In this document: positions 1 through 12,513 of the stretch, in pieces | How positions within the stretch are numbered: position 1 is the first letter of the stretch | Layout of the letters: each line of letters opens with the position of its first letter | NCBI GenBank assembly: GCA_963848295.1 | Contig: CAWKDB010000011.1 | Span: 400,963-464,962 of the forward strand | Source of the DNA: an uncultured delta proteobacterium | Lineage (GTDB): Bacteria; Myxococcota_A; Polyangia; Haliangiales; Haliangiaceae | Direction of reading: 5' to 3' | DNA: 64,000 nt | The notes under the pieces: generated by a model | What the model was told of the DNA's origin: nothing | The model's database searches: none | What the model saw: the letters and a program-made list of their open reading frames with translations, nothing else | Position numbers and translations under genes: made by a program

Positions 1-586
1 ACCAGATCTCGAACTGCGCGACGCTCTTGTCGGTCGGACAGTCGGCGCACGTGCTGACCCACAGCTGCGCGCCCTTGCGCTTGCCGGACACGCGCAGGCC
101 GGCGATGCCGAACGGCTCGCTGTCGCCGCGATGGCCGCCGACCGCGGCGGTCCAATCGCCGGCGCGACCGTAGCTGACATCGCGCTGATAGTAGTGACGC
201 GTCGGCGGCCGACCCGCAGCCACCAGGCCGCGACCGGCGTCGCCAAACCGGCTCTGGAGCGTGACCCGCAGCCGCCCGGTCAGCGAATCGCCGGCGGTGT
301 GCGAGTCGCCGAAGAACAGCAGGTCGACGCGCGCGCCGGGGTCGCCGTGCTCGGCCGCCGCGAGCGACGAGTACAGATCGTCGAGCGTGGTCGCTGGTGC
401 GTCGAGAAACCCGGCCTCTGCAGCGGCACCGGCATCGCCAGCGGCCTGGGCCGTGGTCGAGACGCCTGCGTCGCCGGCGCGCTCGGGGCCGTGCGGTGAC
501 GTCGGGCGTGGAGAGCGCTCTCCGTCACAGCCCGAGCCGCAACCGAGCAGCGCGGACGCGAGCGCGAGCGCGAATACGGTGCGCAT
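1..586 (-). CDS. SGNH/GDSL-family hydrolase lipoprotein, N-terminal part (3' end lies beyond the window start)
   Basis: My own translation from ATG at 584-586 gives MRTVFALALASALLGCGSGC (lipobox), then LLFFGDSHTAGD (GDS block). Not in the ORF track because it is open at the window edge. Its ATG overlaps the TGA of the upstream gene (ATGA). Confidence 0.6.
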   Translation of the reverse strand, partial: MRTVFALALASALLGCGSGCDGERSPRPTSPHGPERAGDAGVSTTAQAAGDAGAAAEAGFLDAPATTLDDLYSSLAAAEHGDPGARVDLLFFGDSHTAGDSLTGRLRVTLQSRFGDAGRGLVAAGRPPTRHYYQRDVSYGRAGDWTAAVGGHRGDSEPFGIAGLRVSGKRKGAQLWVSTCADCPTDKSVAQFEIW

Positions 587-2175
587 CAGGTACCGCGATC
601 TGGGCGGTGATAGTTCGCGAAGCCCGCGAACAACGCATCGTAGATCGCGTCGGACAGGAGGTTCGCTCCCTTGTGCGACAGGTGCTGGAAGTCGCTGCCG
701 ACGTAGCCCCTGCGAAACCACTTCGCGGCCGAGCCCTTGCCGCCCATCCAGTCGTACGTCGAGAAGAACGCGCAGCCTTGCGCGTGCGCCGCCGAGCGTT
801 GCGCCGCCACGAGCACCGGCATCACCGGCCGCGACGGATAGCCACCGTCCTTTGACTCCGCTTGATCGGTCGGCGACACGACGAGACAAGAACCGTCGGG
901 CAAGCCCTTGCGAATCGGTGCGAGCACCTTCTCGTAGTGCTCCTGATAGTGCTTCGTGTCTTGATCGCTCGGCCCGAGCCACTCGGCTTCGTTCGCGCCG
1001 ATCATGATCATCACGAGATCCGCGTGGCGATGCGCCAGCTCGGACGCCCAGTGGTCCGGGTCGGCGACGCCCCAGCTCTTGACGTTGACGCTCACGATCC
1101 CGAGGTTGTCGACGACGGCACCCTTATCGTTCTCGAGATCGATGCCGAACAGCCGCACGCGCCCCGCCGCGGAGATCTCGAACTTGCTCGCGCCGCCGTC
1201 GACCTTCGCCGCGACGTAGCCCGGCTGTTTGGCATCGCCGCGGGTCGTCGCGGTGATCAGCTCGGTGCCGTCCGCGCTGACCTTCGCCGTGCCGCCGCCG
1301 GGTTGCGCGAGGTAGTACAGCTCGACGTTCGTGACCTTGCCCTTGACGAGCTTGATCGTCGAGTGACCGTCGCCGGTCTCCGCCGTGCTGCCGCCGACAC
1401 CGTAGAAACCGTCGCCGGTCTGCAGCGTCGAGATCGCATGCGGATACCACGTGCCGCTGATCGATCGCGTGATCGCGTCATGCGCGCAAAACGTATGCGG
1501 CGGCACCGCGAACACGAACCCCGGCCCACCGTCGCCGAGCTCGGCTTGCAGGCGCACGCGCAGGCGACCGGGCAACGCGTCGTCCGCGACGATCGAGTCG
1601 CCGTACCACGACACGCGCACGGCGCGACCGAGCGTGCCGGCCTTCTCGTCGGACACCGCGCGATAGAATCCGTCGAGCGCGTGACGCTTGCAGTGCGCGT
1701 CGTCGCCCGCGACGGTCCCGGCTCGCCCGGGACCGGCAGCACCGCCGGATGGCGTTGCGGTTCGATCGACACAGGGATTGTCCAGCGCGGACGGGACGGT
1801 GGCCGCGGACGCCGCTCCGCTCGTACCGCCGCCGGTCGCGGACGCGGCGCCGGTGGCATCGCCATTGTCCGCGGCCGCGTACGAGTCGCCGTCGTCGTCG
1901 GTCTCGGCCGGGCTGCCGAAGTCCGGGCCGGTCGGCGCTGCCTCACTAGATCCCGGCGGCGAGGTCAGGCGATCGGCGATCGCGGTCACGCCTCCATCCG
2001 CCCACACGATCGCGACCGTCACGAACGCAAAGAACGACGCGAGCACCGGCGTGATGCTCCAGCTACGGTCGGGTGCGGACACCGTGGTCGAAGGTAAGCG
2101 ATGTTGCGGGGGAGTCAAGGTTCGGGGGCCGAAGGGCGGTGTAGTGGCGCGCGACTCGCATACATCGATGGTCAC
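586..2175 (-). CDS. SGNH/GDSL-like hydrolase with an N-terminal membrane anchor
   Basis: Has VSWYGDSIVADD (GDS block), IMIGANE and a DFQHLSHKG C-terminal block, plus a TM segment WSITPVLASFFAFVTVAIVW. The true start is probably internal (for example GTG at 2082), because the annotated start sits only 5 nt from the divergent gene. Confidence 0.6.
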   Translation of the reverse strand: MTIDVCESRATTPPFGPRTLTPPQHRLPSTTVSAPDRSWSITPVLASFFAFVTVAIVWADGGVTAIADRLTSPPGSSEAAPTGPDFGSPAETDDDGDSYAAADNGDATGAASATGGGTSGAASAATVPSALDNPCVDRTATPSGGAAGPGRAGTVAGDDAHCKRHALDGFYRAVSDEKAGTLGRAVRVSWYGDSIVADDALPGRLRVRLQAELGDGGPGFVFAVPPHTFCAHDAITRSISGTWYPHAISTLQTGDGFYGVGGSTAETGDGHSTIKLVKGKVTNVELYYLAQPGGGTAKVSADGTELITATTRGDAKQPGYVAAKVDGGASKFEISAAGRVRLFGIDLENDKGAVVDNLGIVSVNVKSWGVADPDHWASELAHRHADLVMIMIGANEAEWLGPSDQDTKHYQEHYEKVLAPIRKGLPDGSCLVVSPTDQAESKDGGYPSRPVMPVLVAAQRSAAHAQGCAFFSTYDWMGGKGSAAKWFRRGYVGSDFQHLSHKGANLLSDAIYDALFAGFANYHRPDRGT

Positions 2176-2180
2176 GGAGG

Positions 2181-2864
2181 GTGTTCATGAGAAGCCTAGT
2201 CTTGATCAGGTTGGTTAGCGTTGCTGCGTGCGGCGGTGGGGGCGGCGATGCATCGGGCGATTCCGGAGGCAACAACGTCGCACCCCGCGTCCTGGGTGGT
2301 GGTGGGATCGCCGACGGTCCGATCGACGGTGTGGTGAATCTCTACGTGGTCGACGACGGCTCTCGGACGCCGATCTCGGGCGCGAACGTCCAGGTCGGCA
2401 CCGTGACCGGCACCACCGACGCGACCGGGTTGTTCATCGCGACCGGCCTGGCCGGCGCGCAGACCGTGCTGGTCCAGGCCGCCGGCTATCAATCGGCGAT
2501 GTAGGTCGCCGCGAACGGCGCGAACATCACGATCGACGTCAAGCCGACCACCGATCCGACGCCGCCGAGCGCGAACATCTCTGGCACCGTCGACTTGAGC
2601 GGCCTCGTCGTCGGCAGCATCGACGACCACCGCACGGCGGTCGTCGTCTACTCGCAGGACCCAGGCGCTGCCGACGCCGTGAACACCTTCGACAACAGCT
2701 CGACGCTCACGATTCCCGCGCTCACCGCCCTGCCCGCCGGCGGGTCGATCACCGGCTCGGTCCAGGGCCTCGGCGGCACGATCGATCCCACGAACTTCGA
2801 GATCGACCGCGATCGCGACAAATTGACCGGCGCGGCCGGCCAAGGGTTCATGATCACGAACTGA
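2181..2864 (+). pseudogene. Lipoprotein with a carboxypeptidase-regulatory-like fold, interrupted by an in-frame TAG at 2502-2504
   Basis: ORFs 2181-2504 and 2595-2864 are in the same frame, and the stretch between them is open. The likely start is ATG 2187, with GGAGGG 5 nt upstream and lipobox LVSVAAC. The read across the stop is ..AAGYQSAM*VAANGANITIDVKP.., which would be consistent with TGG to TAG. Confidence 0.55.
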
Positions 2865-2900
2865 CGCGCCGACGCTCGCCTCGCGCTACACTGGAATGGC

Positions 2901-3881
2901 ATGCGATGGTTTGCGTCGTGCTTGATCGTGGCCGCGTGCGCAAATCCGCCGCCGCCGGTCGAGCCGAGCCAACCCGACCAGGCGGACCCAGACGACGACG
3001 CGACCGATCCGGCCCCGGCGCCGGTCGCGCCGCTCTACGACCCGACCCATGCCGGGAAGGTCGTGTCGAAGCTGACCGAGTACGCCTTCGACGGCGGCTG
3101 GATCGAGTTCGAGATGCGGCGTGACGGCAACCGCGTGTTCGAGATCGTGTACGACCACTACGCGGTCGCGGTCACGGTCGCGTGGCAATTCGCCGCGCTC
3201 GCGAACCTCGAGCCGACCTCGGCGATGTCGGGCGTCGTCGTGTTGCCGGCGGCGAAGGCGCCGAACGCGCGAGGGGCGCCGGTCGTGATCGCGAGCTACT
3301 CGGTGCTCGATCCGACCAAGCCGTATCATCGCGAGCTCTTGATGCACGCGCGCTGGGGCGACCCGCGCTCGACCCCGACCCGGTACGCCTATCGCCTGCC
3401 GTTCCCGACCGGCTCGACGTTCTCGGTGCTGCAGGGATTCCATGGCGCGTTCTCGCACCGCGGCTCGAACGAATACGCGGTCGACTTCGACTGTCCTCAG
3501 GCGACCCCGGTGCTCGCCGCCCGCGCGGGAACGATCGTCGCGTCTAACGCAGCCGCGCAGTGGGCTGGGACCACGCCCGAGTTCCTCGACTACCGCCACA
3601 CGAACTTCGTGATCGTCTTGCACGACGACGGCACGCTCGGCGAGTACATGCACTTGTCGCCGAGCGGCGTCGAGGTCGTCGCCGGTCAGCGCGTGACTCG
3701 CGGCCAGGAGCTCGGCCTGTCCGGCAATACCGGGTTCTCGACGACGCCCCACCTGCACTTCCAGGTCATGACCGCCGCCGAAGATGGTATCGCGGCTCAC
3801 TCGTTTCCGTTCGAGATCGCGATCGCACCGGCAACGTACGTAGCGCCGGTCCAGGGCAAGTCCTACACCGCGTGGGAGTGA
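2901..3881 (+). CDS. M23-family metallopeptidase lipoprotein
   Basis: Lipobox LIVAAC. Motifs HRGSNEYAVDF and YMHLSPSGVEVVAGQRVTRGQELGLSGNTGFSTTPHLHFQV. Confidence 0.85.
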   Translation: MRWFASCLIVAACANPPPPVEPSQPDQADPDDDATDPAPAPVAPLYDPTHAGKVVSKLTEYAFDGGWIEFEMRRDGNRVFEIVYDHYAVAVTVAWQFAALANLEPTSAMSGVVVLPAAKAPNARGAPVVIASYSVLDPTKPYHRELLMHARWGDPRSTPTRYAYRLPFPTGSTFSVLQGFHGAFSHRGSNEYAVDFDCPQATPVLAARAGTIVASNAAAQWAGTTPEFLDYRHTNFVIVLHDDGTLGEYMHLSPSGVEVVAGQRVTRGQELGLSGNTGFSTTPHLHFQVMTAAEDGIAAHSFPFEIAIAPATYVAPVQGKSYTAWE

Positions 3882-3894
3882 TAAGCTGTGCGCG

Positions 3895-4803
3895 GTGACG
3901 ACGTGTCCGATCTGCGCTGAGCGGCCTACCGAGGTCGGCGTGCTGTGCGAGGAGTGCCGCGATGACCTCGCGAGCCCGATCCGGACCACGCCCGAGCAGA
4001 TCCAGCTGCGGGTCGGGGACAAGCCGACCGCGGCGGCGCTCGTCGATCTCTGGGGCCGGCCGCATACGCTCGAGCCCACCGTGCTCGTCGGTCGCCAGAT
4101 CGACGGCCCGGGGCTCGCGCTGCTCGAACCGTCGGTCTCGCGCCGCCACGCCGAGCTCAAGTTCGCCAACGGCGCGTGGACGGTGCGCGACTTCGCGTCC
4201 GCGAACGGCACGTATGTCGCGGACCAGCTCGTCGAGAACGAGGTCGAGACCGTGGTCAAGCCGCGCGATCGCCTGCGGTTCGGTCACATCGCGTTCTACC
4301 TGGTGAGCGACATCGCGCTGCTCCCGCCGCCTCGGATCGGCCGGACCGCGACCCGCACGATCCGTCCGCCGGGCAAGGACGACCCGGCGCCGGCGCCGCC
4401 TCCACCGAACGATTTCGCCGACGAGGAAGAGCGCACCGGCGTCGGGCTGCCGATCATGGCGTTCCAGCTGCACGAACCGACCGGCGGCGGCGGTGGCGTG
4501 ATCGACGTCGAGGGCAAGCAAGTCCAGCTCACCACCACGCAGTTCGAGCTGATGGCGTTGATGATTCGCCGGATGGCGGGCGAGGTGCACCAGCCCGAGC
4601 TCGTGCGCGGGTTCGTCCGGTCGTCCGAGCTGATCGCCGACCTGTCGTGGGATACGCGCGAGCCGAGCGAGAATCACGTCAAGCAGCTCGTTCGCCGCGT
4701 CCGGCGCGCACTACTCAAGGCCGACATGGGCGACTTGATCGAGTCGCGTCACCGCTTCGGCTATCGACTGCGCGCGATCCCGAAGCCCGATCGCATCGGC
4801 TAA
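3895..4803 (+). CDS. Zinc-ribbon / FHA / OmpR-type winged-helix transcriptional regulator
   Basis: N-terminal CPIC..CEEC. FHA signature LVGRQ..VSRRHAELKF..WTVRDFASANGTYV. Pro-rich linker. C-terminal wHTH LTTTQFELMALM..VKQLVRRVRRAL..RFGYRL. Confidence 0.75.
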   Translation: MTTCPICAERPTEVGVLCEECRDDLASPIRTTPEQIQLRVGDKPTAAALVDLWGRPHTLEPTVLVGRQIDGPGLALLEPSVSRRHAELKFANGAWTVRDFASANGTYVADQLVENEVETVVKPRDRLRFGHIAFYLVSDIALLPPPRIGRTATRTIRPPGKDDPAPAPPPPNDFADEEERTGVGLPIMAFQLHEPTGGGGGVIDVEGKQVQLTTTQFELMALMIRRMAGEVHQPELVRGFVRSSELIADLSWDTREPSENHVKQLVRRVRRALLKADMGDLIESRHRFGYRLRAIPKPDRIG

Positions 4804-4880
4804 GACTCGCGCCGGTGTCGCGGTGCCGGCGCGGCCGTGGGCTCCGTGCAGCCCGCGCGGATCTCGCCTATGATGATGCC

Positions 4881-5978
4881 GTGTCGCTCCGCATCGCACC
4901 GATGATGCTGCACAGCATCGACGGGAACGGCTGCATCACCGAAGTCAGCGACCTGTGGCTTGCCAAGCTCGGCTACACCTGGGACGAGGTGATCGGCCGG
5001 CGGTCGGTCGAGTTCCTCACCGAGGACAGCGCGCGCTATGCAAGCGACGTGGTCCTACCGATGTTCTTCGAGAGGGGTACGTGCGAGGTCGAGTACGACA
5101 TGCGGCGCAAGGACGGCACGATCGTGCCGGTGCGCCTCCACGGCATCGCCGTACGCAACGATCGCGGCGGGTTCGTGCACTCGATCGCGGTCATCGAAGA
5201 TCTCACCGAGCGCCGTGCCCTCGAAGCGAAGATGTTCGAGATCCAGAAGACCGAGAGTCTCGGTCTCATGGCCGGGAACATCGCGCACGACTTCAACAAT
5301 CTACTGACAAGCCTCATCGGCAGTGCTCAGATCGCCGCTCGCCACGCGGCCCATATCCCCGCCGCGGCGAGCGCGCTCGACAACACGCTGCTCGCCGCAG
5401 CGCGGGCAGCCGACCTGTGCAAGCAGCTTCTTGCATATTCCGGTCGAGGGCGGTTCGAGACGACCAATATTCAGATCGACGCGCTCGTCGCCGAGATGGC
5501 ACAGGTGCTCGAAGTCCCGATCGGCACGCGAGCACGCGTCCGACTCGCACTCGGGGACCACACCGGGCGCGTCGACGCAGATGCGACGCAGATCCGCCAA
5601 GTGGTGATGAACCTGGTCCTCAACGCGGCCGAGGCCATGGCGACGCCGGGCACGATCACGATTCGCACCGCGCGCGTAGAGCTCGATGCCAACGCGATCG
5701 CGGCGAGCTTGCGCCCCGAAGCGACGCCCGGCGCGTACACGAGCATCGCGGTCAGCGATGACGGCTGCGGGATGACGCCCGATGTTCGCGCACGCGTGTT
5801 CGAGCCGTTCTTCACGACCAAAGCGGCCGGGCGGGGCCTCGGACTCGCCGCGACGATCGGGATCGTGCGCGGACACCGTGGCACGCTGACCATCGCGAGC
5901 GCGCTCGGCGATGGCACGTGCTTCACCGTCTATCTGCCGATCGCGGGTCGGCCCGAACTAACTACGCTTCGCGCTTGA
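4881..5978 (+). CDS. PAS-domain sensor histidine kinase (cytoplasmic)
   Basis: The real part of ORF 4176-5978 starts at GTG 4881 or ATG 4902. PAS segment GCITEVSDLWLAKLGYTWDEVIGR, H-box NIAHDFNNLL and an HATPase G-boxes region DDGCGM..GRGLGL. Confidence 0.8.
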   Translation: MSLRIAPMMLHSIDGNGCITEVSDLWLAKLGYTWDEVIGRRSVEFLTEDSARYASDVVLPMFFERGTCEVEYDMRRKDGTIVPVRLHGIAVRNDRGGFVHSIAVIEDLTERRALEAKMFEIQKTESLGLMAGNIAHDFNNLLTSLIGSAQIAARHAAHIPAAASALDNTLLAAARAADLCKQLLAYSGRGRFETTNIQIDALVAEMAQVLEVPIGTRARVRLALGDHTGRVDADATQIRQVVMNLVLNAAEAMATPGTITIRTARVELDANAIAASLRPEATPGAYTSIAVSDDGCGMTPDVRARVFEPFFTTKAAGRGLGLAATIGIVRGHRGTLTIASALGDGTCFTVYLPIAGRPELTTLRA

Positions 5979-6453
5979 TCCGCACGTACGACGGCTCGAG
6001 CTCGACCGTCGCGGCGAGCTCCTCGAGCAGCGCGCGCAGCGACTTCATCTTCTTGCCGCCGAGGCGGCTGGCCCAGCGCGCTTCGGTCGCCTGCGCGACG
6101 CGCTTGCACTCGGCCGCCCACACCTTGCCCTTCGGGCCGAGGCGGACGCGCTTGATGACGCCGTGATCCGGGTCGGGGAACCGCTCGACCATCCGCATCT
6201 TCTCGAGATCGGCGATCAGGTCGCCCACGGTCTGCTTCGGCAGGCCCACCGCGGTAACGAGCTCGGACAGCCGAACGCCCTCCGGGCGTATGGCGCCGAG
6301 CAGCTGGACATGCGCCGAGCGCAAGGCCGGGAAGCCGAGACGCTCGAGCCGGCTCGCCACCTGCGACTGGAGGTCGTGCTGGGGAACGTCGAGCAGCGCC
6401 CGCAGGTCGCGAGAGCTGATTACAGTCGATCGAGACGTCTTCGCCATGGTCAC
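5962..6453 (-). CDS. MarR-family transcriptional regulator
   Basis: 163 aa with the wHTH core LSELVTAVGLPKQTVGDLIADLEKMRMVERFPDPDHGVIKRVRL. Confidence 0.8.
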   Translation of the reverse strand: MTMAKTSRSTVISSRDLRALLDVPQHDLQSQVASRLERLGFPALRSAHVQLLGAIRPEGVRLSELVTAVGLPKQTVGDLIADLEKMRMVERFPDPDHGVIKRVRLGPKGKVWAAECKRVAQATEARWASRLGGKKMKSLRALLEELAATVELEPSYVRIKREA

Positions 6454-6494
6454 AGATGCGAACGGTTCGAAGGGAGTCGCGTCATATCAGAGCC

Positions 6495-6518
6495 GAATCT
6501 GGATCGGAACCCAGATTC
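6495..6518. promoter_or_regulatory. Perfect 8-bp inverted repeat GAATCTGG-N8-CCAGATTC, candidate MarR operator
   Basis: Read directly at 6495-6518, which is 42-65 nt upstream of the MarR start at 6453. Palindromic operators are typical for MarR autoregulation. Confidence 0.4.
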
Positions 6519-6582
6519 GCCCCAAAGTCACGCGACCGTCGCGCTCCGGATGGCAACGCGCGTACGCGCCGCCACACAAATC

Positions 6583-9750
<3,168 letters not shown>

Positions 9751-9753
9751 GGC

Positions 9754-10836
9754 CTACTCCTGGACCTTCGCACCGTCGACGACCGCGTCCGTGATCGCCG
9801 TGACCACCTTGTCGCCCTTCTCGATGCCTTTGACGATCGAGACGTGGTCCGGGTCCGGCGCTTCCCCGAGCTGGACGATCCGCTCGACGAGCTCGCCCTT
9901 GACGACGAGGTATGCGCGATAGCCCTTACCGCCGTTGTCGGTGACCGCGGTCGCCGGGACGACCGGCAACGGTAGCTCGCCGACGGTCAGCCGCGCCTCG
10001 ACAAACATCCCCGGCACGAGCTTGGCATTCGCGTCCTTGCCGAGCGTCGCTTCGACGATCAGCGAGCGGGACGCACCGATCTCGGCACCGATGCGTGTGA
10101 CCTTCGCTTGATACACCGTGTTCGGCTCCGCGACCGAGGTAACGAGCACGGTCGCGTCTTGCTTGACGTCGGGCACGGCGGCCTCCGGCACCGACAGGTC
10201 GACGTGGAGCGGATCATCGTCGACCAGCGTGAACAGCGCCTTGCCCGGCTGCACCCATTCGCCGGGCGCCACCATCTTCGCAGCGATCACGCCGTCGAAC
10301 GGCGCCCGCACGATGCCATCGGACACCGACTTCGCCATCATCTCGGTGCGCGCCTGTGCCGCCGCCACCGACTGCAGCGACGACGTGCACTCGGTGTTTT
10401 GCTTGTCGAACTCGTCGCGCGTGATCGCGCCCTTGTCGAGCAGCTGCTTCGTGCGAGCGCATTCCTGCTCGGCGAGCTCCTTCTGAGCGCGTGCCGCGGC
10501 GAGGTTCGCCTGCGCCTCGCGAGCCGATAACGCCGCGTTGCGAACGTCGAGCTGGATTGCCGCATAGCCCTGCTTGACGCGCTGGCCGCGCTCGACGAAC
10601 ACGTTGACGACCTTGCCCTGCGTGTCCGCGGTGACATCCGAGCGTTGATCCGCGACGACCGTGCCGGTCAGCACGCGCACCTTTGGAGTCGGCAACACCT
10701 CGGCGATCGCGGTCGTCACCTTGATCGGCGGCGCCGCCTTCTTCGTGTTGGCGTCGTCGGTGTCGTCGTTCTTCTTACAACCGCTGATGGTGACGGCAGC
10801 AGCGATGATCAGTGCAGTCGTTGAGAACGCTCGCAT
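9754..10836 (-). CDS. RND efflux periplasmic adaptor (MFP/HlyD family) lipoprotein, module 1
   Basis: Lipobox TISGCKK, a coiled-coil hairpin and beta-barrel segments. The stop lies 3 nt upstream of the RND start. Confidence 0.85.
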   Translation of the reverse strand: MRAFSTTALIIAAAVTISGCKKNDDTDDANTKKAAPPIKVTTAIAEVLPTPKVRVLTGTVVADQRSDVTADTQGKVVNVFVERGQRVKQGYAAIQLDVRNAALSAREAQANLAAARAQKELAEQECARTKQLLDKGAITRDEFDKQNTECTSSLQSVAAAQARTEMMAKSVSDGIVRAPFDGVIAAKMVAPGEWVQPGKALFTLVDDDPLHVDLSVPEAAVPDVKQDATVLVTSVAEPNTVYQAKVTRIGAEIGASRSLIVEATLGKDANAKLVPGMFVEARLTVGELPLPVVPATAVTDNGGKGYRAYLVVKGELVERIVQLGEAPDPDHVSIVKGIEKGDKVVTAITDAVVDGAKVQE

Positions 10837-10952
10837 GGCTTGGCCCTTCGATGCATGGCCCCTGCCAGCCGGTGCGCCGGAGAGACCGAGAGGTCCCGCC
10901 GGGTTAGGCCGCGGCGGCTGTGTCGGCTTACTTTACACGTGTCGGGCGGGAG

Positions 10953-12371
10953 CTACTTCGTCGGACCGGTGTCGTCGCCGAGCGCATGGTTGAGCTGAGC
11001 CAGTGCAACCCGGAGATCGACCCGCGCGTTCAGCGCCGCGATCCGGGCGCGCGTCAGATCGGTCGTCGAGTCGACGAGCTCGACCGCGGTGGCGCGGTCT
11101 GCGGCGAGCAGCTCGCGGCGAACGCGATAGCTCTCCTCGGCCGCCTCCAGTCCCTTCTTCGTCGTCGCGAGCGCATGGACCGCGAGCGCGACCGCTTGTT
11201 CGGCGGTGAGGAGCTCGATCCGGGTCCCGCGCAGGAGATTCTCGCGGTCGGCGCGCAGCTCGTTCGCCTCGGCGTGGAGCCGCTTCTTGTTCGTCATCGA
11301 GTTCAGCGTGTCGCCGAGCGCCCAGGAGATCTGCGCGCCGAGCACCCACGTGAACGTGAACGTGTCGCTCTGCGGGAAGATGCGCGGGTTCGGGTTCGCA
11401 TCCTCGATCGTGCCGAACGCCGACAGCTTGGGATACTGGTTCGCGGTCTCGGCGTCGGTCTGCAGGTCCTTGGCTTCGATCCCGAGCTTCAAGGTCTTGA
11501 GATCGAGGCGGTGCTCGACCGCGTGGGTCACGAGATCGTCGAGCCTGGCCTGGCCCGGCGTCTCGAGCTCGGCGCGAACGTCCTCGCCGAGCGAGAGCTG
11601 CTCGTCTTCGCTCGCGCCGATCAGCAGCCGCAGCTGCTCTTCGCGCAAGGTCGAAACATTGGTCAGCTGATCGACGGTCTGCTCGGCTTCGGCTTCCTGC
11701 GATTCGACGCGCAAGAGGTCCGCTTTCGACAGCCGCTGGACCTCGGCGAGCGCGCGAAACTGGCCGAGCGTCGCCTGCACGTTGACGAGCTGGCGCTTCG
11801 CGATCAGCACCTCGAGCCGCGCGCGCAGCCATTCGTAGTAGGCCAGCCGGGCGTCCTCGCCGGCGCTGACCTCGGCGTCTCGGCGCGACACCTTCGCGAC
11901 CGCTTCGGCGACGTGAGCCGCATCGACGAGCTTCGGGTAGCGCAGCACGTAGTCGGAGAGCGGGACCGATAACGTCGCCTGCGAGTCGTAGAGGTGGTTG
12001 ATGAAAGCGATCTGGAACGTACCGAGCGTCCCGAGCGCTTCCGAGAACGGCGCGACCGGGGACAGCTTGCTCGCCGCGAGCTTCGCGCTGAGCTGCGGCA
12101 CGCGCTGGAGCTCGGCCTGCTCGCCCTCCGCGATCGCCGCGTCGACCTCGGCGATCTTGCGCCTCACGGTTGGCGACGCGGTCCCCGCGCGCGCAGCGGC
12201 CTGATCGGCGGTCAGCCCGCCGGCGGTGAACATCGCATCGAGCTCCTTCTGGAAATCCGCGAGATCATCGGGGGCAGGCGCGGCGGCAGGAGCGGGTGCC
12301 TTGGGCGCGGGCTGCGCGAGCGCGGGGACCGCCAGCGCCGCACACGCGACAAACGATAGACGAGCGAGCAT
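10953..12371 (-). CDS. TolC-like outer membrane efflux factor, module 1
   Basis: Start trimmed to ATG 12371, giving signal peptide MLARLSFVACAALAVPALAQP. Shows the repeated coiled-coil/beta pattern of the OMF family. Confidence 0.8.
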   Translation of the reverse strand: MLARLSFVACAALAVPALAQPAPKAPAPAAAPAPDDLADFQKELDAMFTAGGLTADQAAARAGTASPTVRRKIAEVDAAIAEGEQAELQRVPQLSAKLAASKLSPVAPFSEALGTLGTFQIAFINHLYDSQATLSVPLSDYVLRYPKLVDAAHVAEAVAKVSRRDAEVSAGEDARLAYYEWLRARLEVLIAKRQLVNVQATLGQFRALAEVQRLSKADLLRVESQEAEAEQTVDQLTNVSTLREEQLRLLIGASEDEQLSLGEDVRAELETPGQARLDDLVTHAVEHRLDLKTLKLGIEAKDLQTDAETANQYPKLSAFGTIEDANPNPRIFPQSDTFTFTWVLGAQISWALGDTLNSMTNKKRLHAEANELRADRENLLRGTRIELLTAEQAVALAVHALATTKKGLEAAEESYRVRRELLAADRATAVELVDSTTDLTRARIAALNARVDLRVALAQLNHALGDDTGPTK

Positions 12372-12383
12372 GGGGCCGACCAA

Positions 12384-12399
12384 AGCACCGGCCGTGCCA
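12384..12399 (-). promoter_or_regulatory. Sigma-54 type -24/-12 element TGGCACGGCCGGTGCT facing the module 1 efflux operon
   Basis: The reverse complement of 12384-12399 has GG and GC exactly 10 nt apart as in TGGCACG-N4-TTGCW (one mismatch in the -12 box). An NtrC-family activator is encoded next door. Caveat: the predicted TSS falls only 2-3 nt before the ATG. Confidence 0.5.
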
Positions 12400-12461
12400 C
12401 GATGCCAGCTTGCGGGCCGAGAGTTTCAGGGGTGATCTGTCGGCCGGCCTTACAACAGCGT

Positions 12462-12479
12462 GTGACCATCGACGGTCAC
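12462..12479. promoter_or_regulatory. Perfect palindrome GTGACC-ATCGAC-GGTCAC, candidate enhancer (UAS) shared by two divergent sigma-54 promoters
   Basis: Read directly. Its centre lies ~70 bp from each of the two flanking -24 elements. Confidence 0.35.
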
Positions 12480-12513
12480 GTTTCGTGGATCGCGTGCAAA
12501 GCGCTAGACTCAC

